64,000 nucleotides of DNA, taken from positions 32,452 through 96,451 of IMG/VR virus record IMGVR_UViG_3300037264_006128; one strand, given 5' to 3'. This document shows, piece by piece, positions 47,072 to 56,164 of the stretch. The DNA is from a virus. Positions within the stretch are counted from its first letter, which is position 1. Each line of letters opens with the position of its first letter. A model generated the notes under the pieces. It did not search any database and was not told the origin of the DNA. It saw only the letters and a list, made by a program, of their open reading frames with translations. A program made the translations under genes and the position numbers.

Positions 47072-47620
47072 TTATTCCGTTCCAACCTTAAGCTGCCTGA
47101 AGTCCGACTCGACAATCCCCATATACAGCATCGGCAGCCACCGCCCATCATGTAGGCGTTCGTCTCGCAGCACCCCTTCGAGTACATATCCAACTCGGCT
47201 GAAGGCGTTGAGCGATGCCCAGTTGTCGGCGTGAATGCTGGCCCATACTTTATGCAACCCGTGCTTCTCGATTCCCGCCTGGGTGCCCAAATAGATTGCC
47301 GTACGCCCTACCCCCCTGCCACGGCATTCAGCCTGGCCCACATAGAGCGATAGTCGCGCATTTTTCACATATGTGTCAATCCGATCCAACACCACGTTCC
47401 CGACATGCGCGCCATTGGCGATTACCGCGAATGCACTGATTGATGGATCATCGCAGGCCCGCTCAATCCACGCCGCAGTTGCGCTGAGGCTTGGCTGCCT
47501 TCTAAGCCCGAAATTCACGCTGACTTGCGGGTCGCACATCCACGCATACATAGCTGGTGCGTGTTGTGCTCCGATGGGCGCGAGCGCTATGTCTGATCGT
47601 ATTGTAATCGCAGAGCACAT
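47072..47620 (-). CDS. GNAT (RimJ/RimL-like) N-acetyltransferase
   Basis: RGRGVG, LHKV, N.AS...F.RVGY.LEG.LR. Confidence 0.9.
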   Translation of the reverse strand: MCSAITIRSDIALAPIGAQHAPAMYAWMCDPQVSVNFGLRRQPSLSATAAWIERACDDPSISAFAVIANGAHVGNVVLDRIDTYVKNARLSLYVGQAECRGRGVGRTAIYLGTQAGIEKHGLHKVWASIHADNWASLNAFSRVGYVLEGVLRDERLHDGRWLPMLYMGIVESDFRQLKVGTE

Positions 47621-47622
47621 AA

Positions 47623-48252
47623 TTACCCCACCATTCGTGCGGCAACCCTAACGGCAGCGGCGGTGTAGACAGGTGATTTTTCCAGATCCGGGTATCCCTG
47701 CTCTTCAACGGGCAAGTCTGCTAATTCCTTGTGGGCAACCGCATCGAACAGCAGTATTCCACGTGCTGCTTGCTCTGGCATCATATAAGCGTTCACACCG
47801 ATCACCTCGAATCGGCCCTGCATGTTCAGGCCGCACTCCTCCCGGCCATCGAATCGAGCCAGGCGTAGCCACCGAGCCGCATCGGGATCGTTCGTCAAGA
47901 TCATCCCGCCGCGCCCAATCGGAAGGTGCTTGCGGATGTGAAAAGATAGGCAGTGTAGGCCACCGGCATACATCTTGCGCCTGAACCGCAATGCGCCGTC
48001 CCAGATGTTGTAGGGTCTTAACTCGTAGGCGCCATCCCATGATTCGCGGAGGAAGACAACTGAACCCCCAGCCAGGATGATGGAACATGGGACGCTGGGG
48101 TAGGTTCTGGCCGGGATGTAGGTCCTTCCTACCTTTACGTACATGCAACTGAGCAGGATAGCCGCAGATCCACTTTCTACAGCAATGGCATGTTTGGCAC
48201 CGGCATATTCAGCCACCCGACGCTCGAATTCCCTGACGATTCCGTATGGCAT
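47623..48252 (-). CDS. DegT/DnrJ/EryC1/StrS sugar aminotransferase, short form
   Basis: FERRVAEYAGAKHAIAVESGSAAI; SFHIRKHLPIGRGGMILT (PLP Lys). Confidence 0.88.
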   Translation of the reverse strand: MPYGIVREFERRVAEYAGAKHAIAVESGSAAILLSCMYVKVGRTYIPARTYPSVPCSIILAGGSVVFLRESWDGAYELRPYNIWDGALRFRRKMYAGGLHCLSFHIRKHLPIGRGGMILTNDPDAARWLRLARFDGREECGLNMQGRFEVIGVNAYMMPEQAARGILLFDAVAHKELADLPVEEQGYPDLEKSPVYTAAAVRVAARMVG

Positions 48253-48282
48253 TTCAATCCTCGGCTACTTAGCTGTGCAGGA

Positions 48283-49017
48283 TCAGGAAAGCGGCCACCG
48301 ATTTTTGCGGACAAAATGGAATTTTAGGATTTCGCCACCAACATTACCTTGTTCGTCCATTCGGTACAGCTTCTTTCCGCGCAGCACGCATCTGTTCCAC
48401 ACTTCATGCCGATCGTGGGCGTTAATCCCGGCAGCGTACAGGCAGCGCATTCGGCCGGCGGCGGATGCATTCCGCACGATGCTCTCCATGCCAGCCTCAC
48501 CTAAGTGGTAGTCCCCTGTTGGGCACCGGACCATATCTGGCCGATCTTGGTATAGCCGCACAATCGAAGGCGTGTTCTTGAACAACTGAAGCGGGCCGTT
48601 CACAGTAGCGCCGTTAGTTGATATCGCATCGAACTGAGACAAGATCCCGTCATTGAGGAACGAGTCCCAATCCCCCCACACCACGTCCCAGTCTCCATAG
48701 CCCCACCACGGATAATCCTGAATGATCTCCTGATACACGTCGGCCATCAACGGGCACAATTCGCACACCAGCTGCCCTGGGATATATCGTGGATCATACT
48801 TATGAATTGCGATCCCCGAAACCTCCGATGCCCGGCGTTGGAATTCGTCCATGGTGCATGGGATACGCACCACCCGCACTTCTGGAACCCAGGCGGCTGC
48901 ATCGCCGACTAGCACCGGCATCAGCGCCTCTATGTCTGTCGTGCGCAGCAGGAATTGCCGCTCCCAACCAGGCGATGGCCCCCACCAGGGCAGGAACACA
49001 GCAACCTTTGCCGTCAT
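48283..49017 (-). CDS. DUF6625-like putative glycosyltransferase
   Basis: WWGPSP.W...YPWWGYGDWDVVWGD...GPLQLFKN...FHF. Confidence 0.72.
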   Translation of the reverse strand: MTAKVAVFLPWWGPSPGWERQFLLRTTDIEALMPVLVGDAAAWVPEVRVVRIPCTMDEFQRRASEVSGIAIHKYDPRYIPGQLVCELCPLMADVYQEIIQDYPWWGYGDWDVVWGDWDSFLNDGILSQFDAISTNGATVNGPLQLFKNTPSIVRLYQDRPDMVRCPTGDYHLGEAGMESIVRNASAAGRMRCLYAAGINAHDRHEVWNRCVLRGKKLYRMDEQGNVGGEILKFHFVRKNRWPLS

Positions 49018-49033
49018 TGTCAGAACTACCTTC

Positions 49034-49657
49034 CTAGCAAGCCTCGGTGCGTGCGATTTCGTCTGAATTCATACGTGTCCACCAAATGCTCGTATTCGGC
49101 ACTACGTTGATGTGCCATCCCGCGAAAGAGTGAACGGCGGCCCGAACTCGCTGGTCGGCATAATCGTGTCCGCAAAGCAGGCCGCCGGGTTTCAGGTTTG
49201 GCAGCCACGCCTTTATGTCTCCGGTGACACCTTCCGTGTGATGTGCCGCATCGACAAACACTACGTCCGTAGATCGACCATCAACCAAGGTGGCCGCCTG
49301 AATCGTAAATTCGTGGATCACCGGGCAAAGGAGGTCCGGCCGGATGCGCATCACTTCATCACGTACGGCCATGAATTCGCGCTCTGTGCTGCCACCCGAT
49401 TTTTCGAGTTCTACCTCGACCGCCGCATCGTACGTTCCGGTTCCGCCATCGAATGTATCGACGGCTATGATCGTTGAGCCCGCAGGTAGGCTTAGAGCAA
49501 CGCAGGCCCAACTGCGCCCCCGCCAGGTGCCGAGTTCCACCCACTGCGCACCGGGCGTTAGATAGCCAGCAATAAAGGAAAGCCAACGCAGTGCCGCTTC
49601 CTCCATCCAGCCACTGACCCCAAGTGAAAATCCAACCGGTGAAACGTCTGCCTGCAT
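49034..49657 (-). CDS. Class I SAM methyltransferase (Methyltransf_24)
   Basis: VELGTWRGRS, AVDTF, VFVDAAH, LKPGGLLCGHDY. Confidence 0.92.
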   Translation of the reverse strand: MQADVSPVGFSLGVSGWMEEAALRWLSFIAGYLTPGAQWVELGTWRGRSWACVALSLPAGSTIIAVDTFDGGTGTYDAAVEVELEKSGGSTEREFMAVRDEVMRIRPDLLCPVIHEFTIQAATLVDGRSTDVVFVDAAHHTEGVTGDIKAWLPNLKPGGLLCGHDYADQRVRAAVHSFAGWHINVVPNTSIWWTRMNSDEIARTEAC

Positions 49658-49659
49658 TG

Positions 49660-50301
49660 TTACACGCTTGTTCCGTATCCCCATACCTGCGCTAGGTTCA
49701 CGAGGGGCAAGTTGCATTCAAACACGCCGCGCAGGTAGGTTTTGTCTTCTTCGCTGGCCCACTTGTAGCTAGCCGCCCGATCTGCATCCAAGGCACGTAT
49801 GCCCCCCATGGTCAAGGCCGCCTCTGGCGAACACCTCATGCTGGCTGCCAGCTCGTCAAAATGCTTACGTGCATCTTTGGCCCCAAAGAACTTGAGCAAA
49901 TCCGATTCAATAGACAACGGGGCGCACACGAGATCCTCGAACTTTACAACCCTCGCCTGATCTGCATATGCCGGCATCAGCGCCATAGCCGTGGCAACCT
50001 GCGCACACGCGATCCACCGATCTGGCGACACCCAATACTGGCCCGGGGCCTTCCAGTGCTTAGAGATCAGCACGCAGCGTGGGTCGCGCATCACGTAGAC
50101 GATGCGGAGTTCCGGGTCTTCGTCCGCAAGGATCAAGGCGCGCTCGCCAACGAGGGGAAGCCTTCCAATGCTGTAGGGGGCGTCGTTCCTCTCTGGCATC
50201 CCCTCCCACTCTAAAATTACGGCCCCTGGAAGGGCAGCCGCTAGCAAGTGCGCCATCAGCGTGGTGCCGCTTCTCGCGCATCCTGTCACAAGAACCCTCA
50301 C
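49660..50301 (-). CDS. Sulfotransferase family protein
   Basis: VTGCARSGTTLM (5'-PSB), MRDPRCVLIS (3'-PB), VKFEDLV. Confidence 0.88.
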   Translation of the reverse strand: MRVLVTGCARSGTTLMAHLLAAALPGAVILEWEGMPERNDAPYSIGRLPLVGERALILADEDPELRIVYVMRDPRCVLISKHWKAPGQYWVSPDRWIACAQVATAMALMPAYADQARVVKFEDLVCAPLSIESDLLKFFGAKDARKHFDELAASMRCSPEAALTMGGIRALDADRAASYKWASEEDKTYLRGVFECNLPLVNLAQVWGYGTSV

Positions 50302-50801
50302 TGCTTCACCCCGGACATAAGGGCGTGAAGTTCCCCCATCCACTCAAAATCGCGGATGTCAACGCCCCACTTCACGGCATCTCCGAACAGCCGCATGTAG
50401 TCCGCAACCTCCATGTCCCGCACGTGCACCGCGCCAGGGGACTCGACGTTCTCAAGGAGGACCATGGCGCCACCAGGGCGTAACGCGCGAACAAGAGAGA
50501 GTGCCGCCGCATCGAGTAGATCGTCGTCCGTAATGTGCTGAAGCACCGTGCAGGTGATCACCAGATCGACGCCAATCAAAAACGCCCCGGGGAATCTTGT
50601 CCGCAGCCGCTTTAACATGCGCCCGTAGCCGCTTCCGAATTCAAGGATCTGGTCAGCAGCCTCGGGAAGGAACGGAAGCATCTGCGCAAAATAGAAGTCC
50701 CCCTGTTCCTCAACGGCCTTCCCGCCATGCGCCGCCTGTTCAGCCCCGGCGCCCATGCGGGTGCGCCAGTAGTCCACGTACGTCTTCCCGGTCAGCTTCA
50801 T
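50298..50801 (-). CDS. Class I SAM methyltransferase (apparent internal deletion)
   Basis: ILEFGSGYGR, VLQHI, RALRPGG. Confidence 0.8.
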   Translation of the reverse strand: MKLTGKTYVDYWRTRMGAGAEQAAHGGKAVEEQGDFYFAQMLPFLPEAADQILEFGSGYGRMLKRLRTRFPGAFLIGVDLVITCTVLQHITDDDLLDAAALSLVRALRPGGAMVLLENVESPGAVHVRDMEVADYMRLFGDAVKWGVDIRDFEWMGELHALMSGVKQ

Positions 50802-51532
50802 GCGTCAATGTCCGGCCCCAATGGGGCCCGGTTGTTCCAGCATGAATCTTCAGCCTTCCATAGAAAAGTGAGCACTAACCCAGGCACGCAAACGACGTAG
50901 CCTCCTTTGGCGACAACGGATTGCGGGGCCCGGTGCGTGATCCAATGATCCACTTCGCTACCGCATCCACGGCTTTCTGGGGTCTTGGCGTAACGTTCCC
51001 GCCATTCAGGCGGCATCATATCCGGCCTGCACGGGGTATGCAGGCCGCGGCTTTGGAGCGGCATCACGCCAGCCCAATAATCGCGGTGGGCATGCAGGTG
51101 CGTGGCCCGGCAGTTGCCTTTGCCGGTAACGCTGACGCCGTTGACAACTTCGCTGCGGACCGCCTTGTGCTCCGCGGCATCATGCCCAGTCAGAAGCGGC
51201 CTTGTGCCCCGGTCTTGCACTTTTGCCAGCACCTGCAGGGCGTCTTTCCGCACGTCCACGTCGTCCTGGAAGTACGATATCCATTCGACTGCGGGGTCTG
51301 CCAGCCAGTAAGACAGCCCGATGTTCATTGCGGCGGCTAGGCCACGGTTCTCCGGCAGGAACAAGAACGCAGCGCCGTGATCTTCGGCTAGGGATTCGTT
51401 CTGGTCAAGATCCGCAGGATTCGATCCGTCGTCAACCACCAGCACGGGGGCCCCCAACCCAACGATCTGCGGCAACGATCGCGCCAGGGCCTGCGGCCGG
51501 TTGTAGGTGGTAACAAAGACGGCGGTGCTCAT
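50798..51532 (-). CDS. Glycosyltransferase family 2
   Basis: VTTYNRP, VVDDGS, ENRGLAAAMNIG, YFQDD. Confidence 0.92.
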   Translation of the reverse strand: MSTAVFVTTYNRPQALARSLPQIVGLGAPVLVVDDGSNPADLDQNESLAEDHGAAFLFLPENRGLAAAMNIGLSYWLADPAVEWISYFQDDVDVRKDALQVLAKVQDRGTRPLLTGHDAAEHKAVRSEVVNGVSVTGKGNCRATHLHAHRDYWAGVMPLQSRGLHTPCRPDMMPPEWRERYAKTPESRGCGSEVDHWITHRAPQSVVAKGGYVVCVPGLVLTFLWKAEDSCWNNRAPLGPDIDA

Positions 51533-52096
51533 GCCCCGACATCCCTCTTCGCCCGACGCCACACGGATTTCGTGGTGGGCGCCCACCCCCCCAGCTTCAA
51601 CAGCCGATCCCGTTCCTGTTCGGCGTGCTTGCCGATCAGCCTGGCAATCCGCCCCCGGTTCGCATCGGTCCCGCGCAACGTTTTTGCCATCACCCCTCCT
51701 GGCCGTCTACCAGCCCGGCCCGATTCGCCGCTTCCACCATCGCCGTCAGAACATGCTTCGTATGTGCACCCGTTACCCGGGGCCTGTACACTACTTTCCC
51801 AAGGTTGTCCATCACCATCCACCCATCGTTGGCACCACCGCAACAATCCTGCACCACCCGCCAGGGCAGGCTGAGCAGCCGTTGGGCTTCCGTCATTGCG
51901 CCGGGAACCATGCGAAACCCGGCGTGGCCTGCCGCTTAGAATGGGCCCTGCGCGCTTCCAGGGCCTTCTTAAGGGCGTATGCCGGCGTGCCGAAGGTTCG
52001 CTGCGATTCCGCCACCACGCGGCCCGCAAGCATCAACTGGGCGCGGTACTGGCCGTGATCTACCAACTGGGCACGAATTGCCATCGGTTGCGGCAT
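51529..52096 (-). CDS. Three coupled small hypothetical genes (51893-52096, 51690-51896 approx., 51529-51690)
   Basis: ATGA/TGATG-type overlaps; no family recognised. Confidence 0.5.
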
Positions 52097-52120
52097 CCCC
52101 CTTCCCCTTCCCGATCCACC

Positions 52121-52620
52121 CTACTGGGGCAAGATGTCGATCTTCCCCCACGACTTCTTCCCACAAAGGCACGGGGCACCGACCGGGATCCAGCAATTGT
52201 GGGAACGCTCGCTGGTCACCATCCAAACGTGGTTGCTGCCGCAGCACGGGGATGGGGCAACCGGTGGCGTTGGCACCGGGGCAACGCTTCCGACCCCCGC
52301 GGGCACCCCATCGGCAGGGTTTTTCTTCCAATCCCTGGCCTTCACTTCGCCCCACACCTGGGCAAGGATCACGCTCAGGTCCAGCCGCGCCGGCCACAGT
52401 AGTCCGCCAGGTACACGATCACATCCCCAACGGCATCTTTGGCTAACGCTTGGAGTTCTTCGGCCGTGCCGCGGATTTTCTGCTCTTCTTTCAGGTGAGC
52501 GTGGGCCAGCTCGCCAATTTCCTCAACCGCGCCAAGCAGGGGCCTGTACGCGGGTTGGTCGCCGAAGTTCCGGCGTGTCCATTCCGAGACTTCACCTTGA
52601 AACTTTTCCAGGTCGAACAT
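52121..52620 (-). pseudogene. mazG: MazG-like NTP pyrophosphohydrolase with C-terminal Cys/His module, split by a 1-nt frameshift near 52380
   Basis: EEIGELAHA...DAVGDVIVYLADYC; TGG ACC TGA would read W-D-L-S-V-I-L-A-Q-V-W...KARDW with one extra G. Confidence 0.78.
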
Positions 52621-53029
52621 CACCCCTCCCTTCCCGCCTCTAGCCGTTCCAGCAGTTCCTTCTGGGCCTCCACGGCAGCGTGGGCCTGGACCCATTCGGG
52701 AAAATTCTCGGCATCGACCCCCACTTCCCCCGCTTTCATCCTGGCGTCAACCGCCCTCCACACCAACGTGCACAAGTGGCTACGCGCCTCCCAGTAGTCC
52801 ATCAGTAGTCCCTCTCGATCTCGCGCCGCGCTTCTTCCTTCTCCCCAACTGGGCCGTATCCGTTGACAACGGCGACAAGTCTTATGACTCGTTGCAGTTC
52901 ATTCAAGAATCTTTGAGCATCCGCAACCGGCACCTCCCCTAAAGAAGACCAGCTAATCCCCCATGCTTTTCGGTTAGAGCACCACGGTTTGATTACGTGG
53001 ACGAATTTTCGTGCTTGCTTTGATGTCAT
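52620..53029 (-). CDS. Two small hypothetical genes (52802-53029, 52620-52802)
   Basis: TGATG-coupled ORFs of 60-76 aa. Confidence 0.55.
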
Positions 53030-53295
53030 CACTCCCCCCGCTCGATCTCCTCGGCCGTCCGTTCCGCAAAATCGACAATCCGTGGGCCTACGGAATCATC
53101 CGGCAGCGCCAGCGCAGAGCGCCTGATTACCTCCGCCGCCCGCTCGAAGGCGCGGCGGCGTGCATCAGCCAGCGCGAGGCGGAGTTCGGTGATGGTGGAT
53201 TCGGTACGGCAAAGCGGGCATTTTGGTCCGTAAGCGTGTCCGGTATCGTCACCTGAGTGGTCCGGGCAAAGCAACTCTTCGATCTTGTAGGCCAT
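53029..53295 (-). CDS. Small Zn-ribbon protein with TIxELRLALADAR coiled-coil module
   Basis: CPDH...CPLC; shares its C-terminal module with the adjacent gene. Confidence 0.65.
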   Translation of the reverse strand: MAYKIEELLCPDHSGDDTGHAYGPKCPLCRTESTITELRLALADARRRAFERAAEVIRRSALALPDDSVGPRIVDFAERTAEEIERGE

Positions 53296-53564
53296 CACTC
53301 CTCCCGCTCGATCTCCTCGACGAGCGCAGCGGCGTAGTACCAGTTGCAACGCGCCGCGAATTTGCGAGCCACGTCCGCGCACCGCTCCCGCTCTCGCTGT
53401 CGCGCATCGGCCAGAGCGAGGCGGAGTTCGGCGATGGTGGCGTCTTGCGCCATCGCCTTCAGCGCACCTTCCCCACACGCCGTTGCTCCACACTTGGCGC
53501 AACATCCGTCCTCGTCAAAATGTTCGACCGGACCGCAGATGGGACACCATCCGTTTGCCATCAC
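53295..53564 (-). CDS. Small Zn-ribbon protein with TIxELRLALADAR coiled-coil module
   Basis: CPICG...CAKCG; shared module. Confidence 0.65.
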   Translation of the reverse strand: MMANGWCPICGPVEHFDEDGCCAKCGATACGEGALKAMAQDATIAELRLALADARQRERERCADVARKFAARCNWYYAAALVEEIEREE

Positions 53565-53611
53565 TCCTCCATTGTTCCTTTACGGTTCTCGTTGATCGGC
53601 CTTCGCGCCTC

Positions 53612-53821
53612 TCATTCCTCCTCTTCTCGGAAGAACTTTTCCGCTAGCGTCATCATCTCGACGACCGCGTGAATCGCGTCAGCCGTCGGGCGCTCCCTGA
53701 TTACCACCATGGCCGTAGGTGTTTTCCACACCGCTCGGGTGCTGCGATCGCTTACGTCGTGGAGCTGGCCGACATCACAGCGGACAAACCGTGCACCGCA
53801 ATCTGGACACGTCGTCGCCAT
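53612..53821 (-). CDS. Small hypothetical protein (CPDCG)
   Basis: TGATG-coupled start. Confidence 0.55.
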   Translation of the reverse strand: MATTCPDCGARFVRCDVGQLHDVSDRSTRAVWKTPTAMVVIRERPTADAIHAVVEMMTLAEKFFREEEE

Positions 53822-53904
53822 CATCCCTCCATCACTCGCCGCAGGCGGGCGAGCTTGCAGCGCTCGCGCCACACGTTCTTCTCTGGGGCCATGCCGTCAG
53901 ACAT
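53821..53904 (-). CDS. 27-aa mini-gene MSDGMAPEKNVWRERCKLARLRRVMEG
   Basis: In-frame; same ends as 54466-54738. Confidence 0.55.
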   Translation of the reverse strand: MSDGMAPEKNVWRERCKLARLRRVMEG

Positions 53905-54142
53905 CACGCCTCCTTATCCCCAGCATGGCGTTGTCAAACGCAAACATGGCGGCCTCCGGCGTGTCGCCGAATGCGGCAATGCCATCCTGTATGTTCTCCC
54001 CCCACAGCACGCACCATTTGTCTCCGTCCTGGAATGGGCATAGCCGCAGGATCGTGGCCCACCAACTACTCCGATGGGCGGCTATTGTTTGAAGGTCGAT
54101 CAGTTGCGCTGCATGTTGGTGCAGATGTTCAGGCACTTCCAT
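53897..54142 (-). CDS. Conserved-type phage hypothetical protein
   Basis: DGDKWCVLWGENIQDGIAAFGDTPEAAMFAFD. Confidence 0.65.
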   Translation of the reverse strand: MEVPEHLHQHAAQLIDLQTIAAHRSSWWATILRLCPFQDGDKWCVLWGENIQDGIAAFGDTPEAAMFAFDNAMLGIRRRDV

Positions 54143-54155
54143 CACTCCTCCATTT

Positions 54156-54738
54156 CTAACGCACATTACGCATACCATCCAGCTCCTCGGACACGCTACG
54201 CCAGAACGGCCAGAGCACGTACGTCAACCACGCGACGGCACACAGTGCGGATAGCGTCACGCCGACAGCGATGCCGACGCAGAACGGGACGAGCCAGAGA
54301 GCCATCACCCCTCCATCACCCGCCGCATTCGTTCGGCAAGTTCGTAGAAGTTGTCCATCCCGTAGGCAATACTGTGCCCGCAGTTCGTTCGGTGGGCGTT
54401 CTCCGCCAGCATGCCCTCACGCTCTGTTTTGAGGGCTTCAAATTCGATTGTCTGTGCGTCGGTCATCACCCCTCCATCACCCGCCGCAAGCGGGCGAGTT
54501 CTGTGCGCAAGTCATCCCGCTCTTTCTCGGTGGCTTCGAGGCGGCACTGAAGCCCATTGGCACACTCATACCACTCGTCGCGTTGCTGTTCGACAATCTT
54601 CCGAGATCGGCACGTGGGGACTAACATCGCACCATCCTCGTCTAGGAGTTCCCGTATCGCCTCCCGCGCCTCAAGCACGATCGTGTACTGCTCGCGCCAA
54701 TGATGTTCGCCCCGCTCTGGGGCCATGCCGTCAGACAT
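54156..54738 (-). CDS. Three small genes (54466-54738 coiled coil, 54305-54466, 54156-54305 single TM)
   Basis: TGATG-coupled; two of them end in RRVMEG. Confidence 0.6.
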
Positions 54739-55088
54739 CACTCCTCCTTCTCTAGACACCATGCCGCATTTATCCACGCCAGCACGGCGTTGCAGATGGC
54801 CTCGGCGATGGTGTCGCCCTTCTCCAAGAACTCGGTGTAGTCATCCACTTCGATGCGGCATTGCCAGGGAGGTACATCCAGAGCAGGTGTTCCTTCGATG
54901 CTAATCCATACGCCCTGGTGGAGGCAATGCTCAAACAACTCCATCGCGTCAACGATGCAGTCCTGGGGCCGAAACAGACTGCGGGTTACGTGTGATGTCC
55001 CGATCGTTAGACCGTCCGCGTCTGACCAGCCTCGGATCTCGTATCCCATCCACTTCGCCAGCTTCTCAACTTTCTCTCGGTCGGTCAT
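54738..55088 (-). CDS. Phage ABA-sandwich/NinX-like protein
   Basis: LAKWMGY...FRPQDCIVDAMEL...GDTIAEAICNAVL. Confidence 0.65.
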   Translation of the reverse strand: MTDREKVEKLAKWMGYEIRGWSDADGLTIGTSHVTRSLFRPQDCIVDAMELFEHCLHQGVWISIEGTPALDVPPWQCRIEVDDYTEFLEKGDTIAEAICNAVLAWINAAWCLEKEE

Positions 55089-55586
55089 ATCGCCTCCTCC
55101 GTCGCCTTCTTCAACGCCTCGCACAGCGCCGCCTCGTTTGCCAATTCACCCGCAGCGATCATCCCGCCGGCAATGCCGATGATTCCGGCAGGCCAGCCGC
55201 ACCATTCGACGTATGCGCAGAACGGCTCGACGGTCACGTCCTTGTACTTGCGCGGCTCTCGATGCCCGTTGACTGCAATCGTCCAGTTCTCGTCCACCAC
55301 GATCTCGCAGCAATCCGGGTGCTTGTGCAGCGGGTGCAGGTTGCGTGCGATTGCCAGGTCGGCGATGAGCTTGAACAGCTCGGATACTTGGTCAGCCATC
55401 CCGCCTCCTCATTTCCGCCAGCGCCCGCGTCAGGTCGAGACTTGCGCGACGGCACGCGGCAGCGCCAGCGCCAGCCTCGATGTAATCCGTCAGGTTGATG
55501 GACCTTACAGTTTGCTTTGCCCCGCGCGCGGTGCGCAGAAATCGCTCTGCCTCACGAATGGCAACGTCAACGCTATCGGCTCTCAT
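55085..55586 (-). CDS. Two small hypothetical genes (55392-55586, 55085-55399)
   Basis: Coupled ORFs with RBS. Confidence 0.55.
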
Positions 55587-56164
55587 ATCACCACCTCCAT
55601 GTTTGGAGGCGTCGGGTAGTGCTCGCGCACGATCTCGGCGCAGCGCAGGAGTGCGGCGTCCCTTGCTGCGGCCCATGCGGCGGCCCCTGCGGCGTCCCCT
55701 GCGTCCCCTGCGGCGGCCCATGCGGCCCATGCGGCGGCCCCTGCGGCGTCCCCTGCGTCCCCTACGCCCCATGCGGCGGCCCATGCGGCGGCCCCTGCGG
55801 CGTCCCCTGCGTCCCCTGCGGCGGCCCATGCGGCGTCCCATGCGGCGGCCCGCACGTCATCTAGTGAGCACGAGGCATCTCCGCGAGCCCAACGCTCCGC
55901 AGTCTCTATCGCTACTCGTGGCCGATACTCACCAGACGGCACCAAATGCAGTGCCGTATGCGCACACGCACATGCGGCCATCACCACACGACGGCGCGAA
56001 ACACTTTCCGACGGGCCGCTTATCCGTCCCACATACCACAGCAGCCAGTCGCCTCGATCACACGCGGCCCACGCAGCGTCGAGGGTGGCGTAGCCACGCG
56101 CCCACTCGACTGCATCGGAGCATGCGTCAAGGGCAACCAGTGCGTCTGTCCAGTGTCGTGTCAT
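55583..56164 (-). CDS. Phage protein with Ala/Trp (AAWxAA) repeats, Imm5-like
   Basis: LDACSDAVEWA...AW...RGDWLLW; RPRVAIETAERWARG; AAWDAAWAAAGD repeats. Confidence 0.75.
   Translation of the reverse strand: MTRHWTDALVALDACSDAVEWARGYATLDAAWAACDRGDWLLWYVGRISGPSESVSRRRVVMAACACAHTALHLVPSGEYRPRVAIETAERWARGDASCSLDDVRAAAWDAAWAAAGDAGDAAGAAAWAAAWGVGDAGDAAGAAAWAAWAAAGDAGDAAGAAAWAAARDAALLRCAEIVREHYPTPPNMEVVI
55655..55850. repeat. GC-rich 9/12-bp tandem repeat encoding AAW/AAG/DAG units
   Basis: Repeated gcggcccat / gcggcccct / gcgtcccct. Confidence 0.9.

Larger units (their letters stand above)
53819..54741. repeat. Gene-boundary direct repeats
   Basis: 25-bp catcacccctccatcacccgccgca at 54303 and 54464 (2 mismatches at 53819); 27-bp ctctggggccatgccgtcagacatcac at 53881 and 54715. 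Confidence 0.9.

Noticed and set aside
53819-54741. Boundary repeats as a mini-CRISPR or attC array
   Set aside because: Spacing is irregular and gene-sized, repeats are coding and non-palindromic, and no integron integrase is present
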